Positions 26,994 to 39,061 of a stretch of 64,000 nt of DNA are shown piece by piece. The position numbers and the translations under genes are program-made. Source of the DNA: Botryllus schlosseri (Eukaryota); assembly GCA_051294905.1 (NCBI GenBank), contig CM119372.1, forward strand, positions 26,352,001-26,416,000, written 5' to 3'. The notes under the pieces were generated by a model. The model was given only the letters and a program-made list of their open reading frames with translations. It did not search any database and had not been told where the DNA came from. The stretch's first letter is position 1; every line of letters begins with the position of its first letter.

Positions 26994-28461
26994 GTTAGTA
27001 TGACCTCGTTGCATGATGTTATTTCATGACCCCCTGTCTGCAATATCAAAAAATATAGAATCGCTCAACGGGGATATCGCCCAACAGGAATATCCCTGTC
27101 GCCCAATCGTACTAAACTAAAAGACGCACACGATTTCAGATTGGTATTTCTTCACTGACATATAATTTTTCCCTGCCAGATGGAATTCGTCTTCTGCGGT
27201 TCAGATTTCCAAGACAGGAACATTCGGTGTCAGCCATTTAGGCGCCCATGGACAATTAAACCTATATGTATTTTGAAGGTTATATGTAACGAAGTTTTCG
27301 GTGTTAATTTGCTCTGAATACTCATTAAGGATATGTCCTATCACCACATCATCTACTGCGAAGCCATTTTTCTCCAGCGCCCCCCATACCGCCCCCCTGA
27401 GCCCAGCGCCCCCCATATCGCCCCCTGAGCGTTTCCGCCCCCCTTCAACATCGCCAGCGCCCCCCGGGGGGCGCTGGGGGCAAGGTTAAGAACCACTGGC
27501 CTAGAACTACAATTCCGGTATCAGAGTGTCTAACTCTGAAAGTTAGACCGATTGCACGCAATAACTTTTCCCTGACTGTTGTACTTAGAGAGATATTGGC
27601 AAATTTTGACATTTTGGGGGGTATGAAATTGACCTCGATTTCTCCATGTTCCCGAAGGCCTAGAACTACAATTCCGGTATCAGAGTGTCTAACTCTGAAA
27701 GTTAGACCGATTGCACGCAATAACTTTTCCCTGACTGTTGTACTTAGAGAGATATTGGCAAATTTTGACATTTTGGGGGGTATGAAATTGACCTCGATTT
27801 CTCCATGTTCCCGAAGGCCTAGAACTACAATTCCGGTATCAGAGTGTCTAACTCTGAAAGTTAGACCGATTGCACGCAATAACTTTTCCCTGACTGTTGT
27901 ACTTAGAGAGATATTGGCAAATTTTGACATTTTGGGGGGTATGAAATTGACCTCGATTTCTCCATGTTCCCGAAGGCCTAGAACTACAATTCCGGTATCA
28001 GAGTGTCTAACTCTGAAAGTTAGACCGATTGCACGCAATAACTTTTCCCTGACTGTTGTACTTAGAGAGATATTGGCAAATTTTGACATTTTGGGGGGTA
28101 TGAAATTGACCTCGATTTCTCCATGTTCCCGAAGGCCTAGAACTACAATTCCGGTATCAGAGTGTCTAACTCTGAAAGTTAGACCGATTGCACGCAATAA
28201 CTTTTCCCTGACTGTTGTACTTAGAGAGATATTGGCAAATTTTGACATTTTGGGGGGTATGAAATTGACCTCGATTTCTCCATGTTCCCGAAGGCCTAGA
28301 ACTACAATTCCGGTATCAGAGTGTCTAACTCTGAAAGTTAGACCGATTGCACGCAATAACTTTTCCCTGACTGTTGTACTTAGAGAGATATTGGCAAATT
28401 TTGACATTTTGGGGGGTATGAAATTGACCTCGATTTCTCCATGTTCCCGAAGGCCTAGAAC

Positions 28462-28561
28462 NNNNNNNNNNNNNNNNNNNNNNNNNNNNNNNNNNNNNNN
28501 NNNNNNNNNNNNNNNNNNNNNNNNNNNNNNNNNNNNNNNNNNNNNNNNNNNNNNNNNNNNN
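28462..28561. other. Assembly gap (100 N, placeholder of unknown size)
   Basis: Run of exactly 100 N with satellite on both sides in the same orientation. Confidence 0.99.
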
Positions 28562-31500
28562 ATGAAATTGACCTCGATTTCTCCATGTTCCCGAAGGCCT
28601 AGAACTACAATTCCGGTATCAGAGTGTCTAACTCTGAAAGTTAGACCGATTGCACGCAATAACTTTTCCCTGACTGTTGTACTTAGAGAGATATTGGCAA
28701 ATTTTGACATTTTGGGGGGTATGAAATTGACCTCGATTTCTCCATGTTCCCGAAGGCCTAGAACTACAATTCCGGTATCAGAGTGTCTAACTCTGAAAGT
28801 TAGACCGATTGCACGCAATAACTTTTCCCTGACTGTTGTACTTAGAGAGATATTGGCAAATTTTGACATTTTGGGGGGTATGAAATTGACCTCGATTTCT
28901 CCATGTTCCCGAAGGCCTAGAACTACAATTCCGGTATCAGAGTGTCTAACTCTGAAAGTTAGACCGATTGCACGCAATAACTTTTCCCTGACTGTTGTAC
29001 TTAGAGAGATATTGGCAAATTTTGACATTTTGGGGGGTATGAAATTGACCTCGATTTCTCCATGTTCCCGAAGGCCTAGAACTACAATTCCGGTATCAGA
29101 GTGTCTAACTCTGAAAGTTAGACCGATTGCACGCAATAACTTTTCCCTGACTGTTGTACTTAGAGAGATATTGGCAAATTTTGACATTTTGGGGGGTATG
29201 AAATTGACCTCGATTTCTCCATGTTCCCGAAGGCCTAGAACTACAATTCCGGTATCAGAGTGTCTAACTCTGAAAGTTAGACCGATTGCACGCAATAACT
29301 TTTCCCTGACAGTTGTACTTAGAGAGATATTGGCAAATTTTGACATTTTGGGGGGTATGAAATTGACCTCGATTTCTCCATGTTCCCGAAGGCCTAGAAC
29401 TACAATTCCGGTATCAGAGTGTCTAACTCTGAAAGTTAGACCGATTGCACGCAATAACTTTTCCCTGACTGTTGTACTTAGAGAGATATTGGCAAATTTT
29501 GACATTTTGGGGGGTATGAAATTGACCTCGATTTCTCCATGTTCCCGAAGGCCTAGAACTACAATTCCGGTATCAGAGTGTCTAACTCTGAAAGTTAGAC
29601 CGATTGCACGCAATAACTTTTCCCTGACTGTTGTACTTAGAGAGATATTGGCAAATTTTGACATTTTGGGGGGTATGAAATTGACCTCGATTTCTCCATG
29701 TTCCCGAAGGCCTAGAACTACAATTCCGGTATCAGAGTGTCTAACTCTGAAAGTTAGACCGATTGCACGCAATAACTTTTCCCTGACTGTTGTACTTAGA
29801 GAGATATTGGCAAATTTTGACATTTTGGGGGGTATGAAATTGACCTCGATTTCTCCATGTTCCCGAAGGCCTAGAACTACAATTCCGGTATCAGAGTGTC
29901 TAACTCTGAAAGTTAGACCGATTGCACGCAATAACTTTTCCCTGACTGTTGTACTTAGAGAGATATTGGCAAATTTTGACATTTTGGGGGGTATGAAATT
30001 GACCTCGATTTCTCCATGTTCCCGAAGGCCTAGAACTACAATTCCGGTATCAGAGTGTCTAACTCTGAAAGTTAGACCGATTGCACGCAATAACTTTTCC
30101 CTGACTGTTGTACTTAGAGAGATATTGGCAAATTTTGACATTTTGGGGGGTATGAAATTGACCTCGATTTCTCCATGTTCCCGAAGGCCTAGAACTACAA
30201 TTCCGGTATCAGAGTGTCTAACTCTGAAAGTTAGACCGATTGCACGCAATAACTTTTCCCTGACTGTTGTACTTAGAGAGATATTGGCAAATTTTGACAT
30301 TTTGGGGGGTATGAAATTGACCTCGATTTCTCCATGTTCCCGAAGGCCTAGAACTACAATTCCGGTATCAGAGTGTCTAACTCTGAAAGTTAGACCGATT
30401 GCACGCAATAACTTTTCCCTGACTGTTGTACTTAGAGAGATATTGGCAAATTTTGACATTTTGGGGGGTATGAAATTGACCTCGATTTCTCCATGTTCCC
30501 GAAGGCCTAGAACTACAATTCCGGTATCAGAGTGTCTAACTCTGAAAGTTAGACCGATTGCACGCAATAACTTTTCCCTGACTGTTGTACTTAGAGAGAT
30601 ATTGGCAAATTTTGACATTTTGGGGGGTATGAAATTGACCTCGATTTCTCCATGTTCCCGAAGGCCTAGAACTACAATTCCGGTATCAGAGTGTCTAACT
30701 CTGAAAGTTAGACCGATTGCACGCAATAACTTTTCCCTGACTGTTGTACTTAGAGAGATATTGGCAAATTTTGACATTTTGGGGGGTATGAAATTGACCT
30801 CGATTTCTCCATGTTCCCGAAGGCCTAGAACTACAATTCCGGTATCAGAGTGTCTAACTCTGAAAGTTAGACCGATTGCACGCAATAACTTTTCCCTGAC
30901 TGTTGTACTTAGAGAGATATTGGCAAATTTTGACATTTTGGGGGGTATGAAATTGACCTCGATTTCTCCATGTTCCCGAAGGCCTAGAACTACAATTCCG
31001 GTATCAGAGTGTCTAACTCTGAAAGTTAGACCGATTGCACGCAATAACTTTTCCCTGACTGTTGTACTTAGAGAGATATTGGCAAATTTTGACATTTTGG
31101 GGGGTATGAAATTGACCTCGATTTCTCCATGTTCCCGAAGGCCTAGAACTACAATTCCGGTATCAGAGTGTCTAACTCTGAAAGTTAGACCGATTGCACG
31201 CAATAACTTTTCCCTGACTGTTGTACTTAGAGAGATATTGGCAAATTTTGACATTTTGGGGGGTATGAAATTGACCTCGATTTCTCCATGTTCCCGAAGG
31301 CCTAGAACTACAATTCCGGTATCAGAGTGTCTAACTCTGAAAGTTAGACCGATTGCACGCAATAACTTTTCCCTGACTGTTGTACTTAGAGAGATATTGG
31401 CAAATTTTGACATTTTGGGGGGTATGAAATTGACCTCGATTTCTCCATGTTCCCGAAGGCCTAGAACTACAATTCCGGTATCAGAGTGTCTAACTCTGAA

Positions 31501-34500
31501 AGTTAGACCGATTGCACGCAATAACTTTTCCCTGACTGTTGTACTTAGAGAGATATTGGCAAATTTTGACATTTTGGGGGGTATGAAATTGACCTCGATT
31601 TCTCCATGTTCCCGAAGGCCTAGAACTACAATTCCGGTATCAGAGTGTCTAACTCTGAAAGTTAGACCGATTGCACGCAATAACTTTTCCCTGACTGTTG
31701 TACTTAGAGAGATATTGGCAAATTTTGACATTTTGGGGGGTATGAAATTGACCTCGATTTCTCCATGTTCCCGAAGGCCTAGAACTACAATTCCGGTATC
31801 AGAGTGTCTAACTCTGAAAGTTAGACCGATTGCACGCAATAACTTTTCCCTGACAGTTGTACTTAGAGAGATATTGGCAAATTTTAACATTTTGGGGGGT
31901 ATGAAATTGACCTCGATTTCTCCATGTTCCCGAAGGCCTAGAACTACAATTCCGGTATCAGAGTGTCTAACTCTGAAAGTTAGACCGATTGCACGCAATA
32001 ACTTTTCCCTGACTGTTGTACTTAGAGAGATATTGGCAAATTTTGACATTTTGGGGGGTATGAAATTGACCTCGATTTCTCCATGTTCCCGAAGGCCTAG
32101 AACTACAATTCCGGTATCAGAGTGTCTAACTCTGAAAGTTAGACCGATTGCACGCAATAACTTTTCCCTGACAGTTGTACTTAGAGAGATATTGACAAAT
32201 TTTGACATTTTGGGGGGTATGAAATTGACCTCGATTTCTCCATGTTCCCGAAGGCCTAGAACTACAATTCCGGTATCAGAGTGTTTACCTCTGATAGTTA
32301 GACCGATGGCACGCAATAACTTTTCCCTGACTGTTGTACTTAGAGAGATATTGGCAAATTTTGACATTTTGGGGGGTATGAAATTGACCTCGATTTCTCC
32401 ATGTTCCCGAAGGCCTAGAACTACAATTCCGGTATCAGAGTGTCTAACTCTGAAAGTTAGACCGATTGCACGCAATAACTTTTCCCTGACTGTTGTACTT
32501 AGAGAGATATTGGCAAATTTTGACATTTTGGGGGGTATGAAATTGACCTCGATTTCTCCATGTTCCCGAAGGCCTAGAACTACAATTCCGGTATCAGAGT
32601 GTCTAACTCTGAAAGTTAGACCGATTGCACGCAATAACTTTTCCCTGACTGTTGTACTTAGAGAGATATTGGCAAATTTTGACATTTTGGGGGGTATGAA
32701 ATTGACCTCGATTTCTCCATGTTCCCGAAGGCCTAGAACTACAATTCCGGTATCAGAGTGTCTAACTCTGAAAGTTAGACCGATTGCACGCAATAACTTT
32801 TCCCTGACTGTTGTACTTAGAGAGATATTGGCAAATTTTGACATTTTGGGGGGTATGAAATTGACCTCGATTTCTCCATGTTCCCGAAGGCCTAGAACTA
32901 CAATTCCGGTATCAGAGTGTCTAACTCTGAAAGTTAGACCGAATACACGCAATAACTTCTCCCTGACTGTTGTACTTAGAGAGATATTGGCAAATTTTGA
33001 CATTTTGGGGGGTATGAAATTGACCTCGATTTCTCCATGTTCCCGAAGGCCTAGAACTACAATTCCGGTATCAGAGTGTCTAACTCTGAAAGTTAGACCG
33101 ATTGCACGCAATAACTTTTCCCTGACTGTTGTACTTAGAGAGATATTGGCAAATTTTGACATTTTGGGGGGTATGAAATTGACCTCGATTTCTCCATGTT
33201 CCCGAAGGCCTAGAACTACAATTCCGGTATCAGAGTGTCTAACTCTGAAAGTTAGACCGATTGCACGCAATAACTTTTCCCTGACTGTTGTACTTAGAGA
33301 GATATTGGCAAATTTTGACATTTTGGGGGGTATGAAATTGACCTCGATTTCTCCATGTTCCCGAAGGCCTAGAACTACAATTCCGGTATCAGAGTGTCTA
33401 ACTCTGAAAGTTAGACCGATTGCACGCAATAACTTTTCCCTGACTGTTGTACTTAGAGAGATATTGGCAAATTTTGACATTTTGGGGGGTATGAAATTGA
33501 CCTCGATTTCTCCATGTTCCCGAAGGCCTAGAACTACAATTCCGGTATCAGAGTGTCTAACTCTGAAAGTTAGACCGATTGCACGCAATAACTTTTCCCT
33601 GACTGTTGTACTTAGAGAGATATTGGCAAATTTTGACATTTTGGGGGGTATGAAATTGACCTCGATTTCTCCATGTTCCCGAAGGCCTAGAACTACAATT
33701 CCGGTATCAGAGTGTCTAACTCTGAAAGTTAGACCGATTGCACGCAATAACTTTTCCCTGACTGTTGTACTTAGAGAGATATTGGCAAATTTTGACATTT
33801 TGGGGGGTATGAAATTGACCTCGATTTCTCCATGTTCCCGAAGGCCTAGAACTACAATTCCGGTATCAGAGTGTCTAACTCTGAAAGTTAGACCGATTGC
33901 ACGCAATAACTTTTCCCTGACTGTTGTACTTAGAGAGATATTGGCAAATTTTGACATTTTGGGGGGTATGAAATTGACCTCGATTTCTCCATGTTCCCGA
34001 AGGCCTAGAACTACAATTCCGGTATCAGAGTGTCTAACTCTGAAAGTTAGACCGATTGCACGCAATAACTTTTCCCTGACTGTTGTACTTAGAGAGATAT
34101 TGGCAAATTTTGACATTTTGGGGGGTATGAAATTGACCTCGATTTCTCCATGTTCCCGAAGGCCTAGAACTACAATTCCGGTATCAGAGTGTCTAACTCT
34201 GAAAGTTAGACCGATTGCACGCAATAACTTTTCCCTGACTGTTGTACTTAGAGAGATATTGGCAAATTTTGACATTTTGGGGGGTATGAAATTGACCTCG
34301 ATTTCTCCATGTTCCCGAAGGCCTAGAACTACAATTCCGGTATCAGAGTGTCTAACTCTGAAAGTTAGACCGATTGCACGCAATAACTTTTCCCTGACTG
34401 TTGTACTTAGAGAGATATTGGCAAATTTTGACATTTTGGGGGGTATGAAATTGACCTCGATTTCTCCATGTTCCCGAAGGCCTAGAACTACAATTCCGGT

Positions 34501-37348
34501 ATCAGAGTGTCTAACTCTGAAAGTTAGACCGATTGCACGCAATAACTTTTCCCTGACTGTTGTACTTAGAGAGATATTGGCAAATTTTGACATTTTGGGG
34601 GGTATGAAATTGACCTCGATTTCTCCATGTTCCCGAAGGCCTAGAACTACAATTCCGGTATCAGAGTGTCTAACTCTGAAAGTTAGACCGATTGCACGCA
34701 ATAACTTTTCCCTGACTGTTGTACTTAAAGAGATATTGGCAAATTTTGACATTTTGGGGGGTATGAAATTGACCTCGATTTCTCCATGTTCCCGAAGGCC
34801 TAGAACTACAATTCCGGTATCAGAGTGTCTAACTCTGAAAGTTAGACCGATTGCACGCAATAACTTTTCCCTGACTGTTGTACTTAGAGAGATATTGGCA
34901 AATTTTGACATTTTGGGGGGTATGAAATTGACCTCGATTTCTCCATGTTCCCGAAGGCCTAGAACTACAATTCCGGTATCAGAGTGTCTAACTCTGAAAG
35001 TTAGACCGATTGCACGCAATAACTTTTCCCTGACTGTTGTACTTAGAGAGATATTGGCAAATTTTGACATTTTGGGGGGTATGAAATTGACCTCGATTTC
35101 TCCATGTTCCCGAAGGCCTAGAACTACAATTCCGGTATCAGAGTGTCTAACTCTGAAAGTTAGACCGATTGCATGCAATAACTTTTCCCTGACTGTTGTA
35201 CTTAGAGAGATATTGGCAAATTTTGACATTTTGGGGGGTATGAAATTGACCTCGATTTCTCCATGTTCCCGAAGGCCTAGAACTACAATTCCGGTATCAG
35301 AGTGTCTAACTCTGAAAGTTAGACCGATTGCACGCAATAACTTTTCCCTGACTGTTGTACTTAGAGAGATATTGGCAAATTTTGACATTTTGGGGGGTAT
35401 GAAATTGACCTCGATTTCTCCATGTTCCCGAAGGCCTAGAACTACAATTCCGGTATCAGAGTGTCTAACTCTGAAAGTTAGACCGATTGCACGCAATAAC
35501 TTTTCCCTGACTGTTGTACTTAGAGAGATATTGGCAAATTTTGACATTTTGGGGGGTATGAAATTGACCTCGATTTCTCCATGTTCCCGAAGGCCTAGAA
35601 CTACAATTCCGGTATCAGAGTGTCTAACTCTGAAAGTTAGACCGATTGCACGCAATAACTTTTCCCTGACTGTTGTACTTAGAGAGATATTGGCAAATTT
35701 TGACATTTTGGGGGGTATGAAATTGACCTCGATTTCTCCATGTTCCCGAAGGCCTAGAACTACAATTCCGGTATCAGAGTGTCTAACTCTGAAAGTTAGA
35801 CCGATTGCACGCAATAACTTTTCCCTGACTGTTGTACTTAGAGAGATATTGGCAAATTTTGACATTTTGGGGGGTATGAAATTGACCTCGATTTCTCCAT
35901 GTTCCCGAAGGCCTAGAACTACAATTCCGGTATCAGAGTGTCTAACTCTGAAAGTTAGACCGATTGCACGCAATAACTTTTCCCTGACTGTTGTACTTAG
36001 AGAGATATTGGCAAATTTTGACATTTTGGGGGGTATGAAATTGACCTCGATTTCTCCATGTTCCCGAAGGCCTAGAACTACAATTCCGGTATCAGAGTGT
36101 CTAACTCTGAAAGTTAGACCGATTGCACGCAATAACTTTTCCCTGACTGTTGTACTTAGAGAGATATTGGCAAATTTTGACATTTTGGGGGGTATGAAAT
36201 TGACCTCGATTTCTCCATGTTCCCGAAGGCCTAGAACTACAATTCCGGTATCAGAGTGTCTAACTCTGAAAGTTAGACCGATTGCACGCAATAACTTTTC
36301 CCTGACTGTTGTACTTAAAGAGATATTGGCAAATTTTGACATTTTGGGGGGTATGAAATTGACCTCGATTTCTCCATGTTCCCGAAGGCCTAGAACTACA
36401 ATTCCGGTATCAGAGTGTCTAACTCTGAAAGTTAGACCGATTGCACGCAATAACTTTTCCCTGACTGTTGTACTTAAAGAGATATTGGCAAATTTTGACA
36501 TTTTGGGGGGTATGAAATTGACCTCGATTTCTCCATGTTCCCGAAGGCCTAGAACTACAATTCCGGTATCAGAGTGTCTAACTCTGAAAGTTAGACCGAT
36601 TGCACGCAATAACTTTTCCCTGACTGTTGTACTTAGAGAGATATTGGCAAATTTTGACATTTTGGGGGGTATGAAATTGACCTCGATTTCTCCATGTTCC
36701 CGAAGGCCTAGAACTACAATTCCGGTATCAGAGTGTCTAACTCTGAAAGTCAGACCGATTGCACGCAATAACTTTTCCCTGACTGTTGTACTTAGAGAGA
36801 TATTGGCAAATTTTGACATTTTGGGGGGTATGAAATTGACCTCGATTTCTCCATGTTCCCGAAGGCCTAGAACTACAATTCCGGTATCAGAGTGTCTAAC
36901 TCTGAAAGTTAGACCGATTGCACGCAATAACTTTTCCCTGACTGTTGTACTTAGAGAGATATTGGCAAATTTTGACATTTTGGGGGGTATGAAATTGACC
37001 TCGATTTCTCCATGTTCCCGAAGGCCTAGAACTACAATTCCGGTATCAGAGTGTCTAACTCTGAAAGTTAGACCGATTGCACGCAATAACTTTTCCCTGA
37101 CTGTTGTACTTAGAGAGATATTGGCAAATTTTGACATTTTGGGGGTATGAAATTGATCTCGATTTCTCCATGTTCCCGAAGGCCTAGAACTACAATTCCG
37201 GTATCAGAGTGTCTAACTCTGAAAGTTAGACCGATTGCACGCAATAACTTTTCCCTGACTGTTGTACTTAGAGAGATATTGGCAAATTTTGACATTTTGG
37301 GGGGTATGAAATTGACCTCGATTTCTCCATGTTCCCGAAGGCCTAGAA

Positions 37349-39061
37349 CAGAGGTCTCAAACACGCGGCCCGCGGGCCGCATGCGGCCCGGGAGACCATT
37401 TTGTGCGGCCCGCGACGGCATTTTGGAATTTCAAGTATTCACCAATATATTCAAGTGCCGTATATCTTTTTTAGATATAAGAACTTAAAGTTCACGCTAA
37501 AACTACTACAAAATAACCGAAATCTCAACAAACTTCACTATCACATCTCTTTTAAAAGCTACCATGCTATGGAAGATCGGCTTATTACGTTTCATTATAA
37601 GTTTATAATGATAAGACATGACCCGTTGATGAATCGTGACTGAATATTGTGATTTGGTTTGATGCGACCTTTTCGTTACTCGATTTCGGATGGACTGGGT
37701 GATTAAATTAAAATGACTCGAGTTGAGTCGAATCAAACGTCAAAATCAGAGAAGGACTTGCGACTCGGAACGGTGACTTGTTTGGTAATCCTACGGACGC
37801 AACAATCTATGAAACCGTCATGGGGAATGGTAATATATCAAAAGGTTGTAGCTTGCGTTGGGTGGGGTACATGGCTATCTAATCAGGTCAGAATGGCAGC
37901 CATTGGTATTCTGTGACCCCCGTGACGTATAGTTGAATATATGCTACGTGTTGTTTGTGCTCTTTATCCATGTTATTATCGTTGGCGAGTAAGGTAGTAT
38001 TTCGCTCTCAAGCTGTAACACCAATGAATTCTTCGCCGATTGGACATTTCAATTCCAGGGGTTCTTAACCAGCAGGGTCCGTAGACTACATCGGGGTACC
38101 AAGCACCACATCAGGGTGTACGAGATACATGGTGGAATTAGTCCAATATGCTGTGGAATATTTTCTTGGCCAATTGATTCAACTGGAAAATATTCCCCGC
38201 GCTTCCCAAATGACTTGTAAGCCGCAACAACTTTGGCATTCGATATTATGACGTCACTTTCAATGGTTACGTCGCAAATTATAATTATAATTAATTATTT
38301 ATGTCTCGATTCGATGAAATAGTGTTACGCACGATTTCAAGTGAATGGTCTTTCTGATTTTAATATAGGTAGAAGTACCATCAGAAACTGTGGTGTAAAT
38401 GGACAGGGGCTACGAGAAATCTTATTGAAAGCACAAGGGGTACGATCGCTAAAAAGGTTAGGAAGCAATGCTATTACTATTGCTCAATAATGATTATATT
38501 TAAGTTGCTATTGGTTATTGATATATTCCAATATAAATCGAAGGCAAAATCTAACGCTGATTTAGTTTGACTTTGGTAATGACAGAAACAACAGCCGATA
38601 CTTATCACGACTGTATCAAAACCAGGATTAGGCTACACCGCTCAAATGCTCTGATATCAGATCAATCTTCAGTAGATTTTAAAATATTTTACATAGAATT
38701 GTGGCACGTTAAATGTCCACTAGCTGCAATATTATAACCCGACAGTCTTACGATGTCATGAGGCATGCTCTCGTATGATATCTATATATAATAATAATAT
38801 ATATAATTAAAAAGATTATGCCCGGTAAAAAATCAATTTTATTGAAATACTTCACAATGTGTTATTTTCGTGTCAAGAGTGAATAATGCAATAGTAAATT
38901 ACATTACCACGATGTTTGTGGAATGCCTGTCTGCAAGGTCCCGTCAAATAAGGCCTATTTTGAAATTATACATTGAATATCCCTAAGAGTGGTGCTGCGG
39001 CCCGCGGCGTCATCAAAAACTGGGAAATGGCCCGCGAGCACATTTGAGTTTGAGACCTCTG
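37349..39061 (+). mobile_element. Non-autonomous hAT (Charlie/Buster-like) DNA transposon, family 2, 1713 bp
   Basis: TIRs CAGAGGTCTCAAAC (37349-37362 and 39048-39061) are perfect over 14 bp and 15/16 when extended. Perfect 8-bp TSD GCCTAGAA (37341-37348 and 39062-39069). Subterminal GCGGCCCGC motifs at both ends. AT-rich interior with no transposase ORF. Strand is assigned by analogy only. Confidence 0.93.
38056..38470 (+). mobile_element. Degenerate nested hAT-like MITE (about 415 bp) inside element 2
   Basis: The left end CAGGGGTTCTTAACC and the right end AAAAAGGTTAGGAAGCAATG form an 11/15 inverted match. GGGGTAC(G)-like subterminal motifs occur near both ends (about 38093, 38114, 38406, 38437). 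No recognisable TSD. Confidence 0.55.

Larger units (their letters stand above)
25967..27498 (+). mobile_element. Non-autonomous hAT (Charlie/Buster-like) DNA transposon, family 1, 1532 bp
   Basis: Perfect 17-bp TIRs CAGTGGTTCTTAACCTT (25967-25983 and 27482-27498). Perfect 8-bp TSD GCCTAGAA (25959-25966 and 27499-27506). Subterminal (CCAG)CGCCCCC motifs at both ends. No transposase ORF. An 8-bp TSD with CAG-starting short TIRs is the established hAT signature. Strand is assigned by analogy only. Confidence 0.93.

Noticed and set aside
37700..37785. GACTCG/GACTTG motif cluster in element 2 as a further nested element
   Set aside because: Suggestive of a TE subterminal remnant, but I could not define termini or a TSD.
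26011..37916. Small ORFs within the two transposons as transposase remnants
   Set aside because: All are at most about 110 aa with no BED finger, DDE or hAT dimerisation motifs. Several are read-throughs from the satellite frame.
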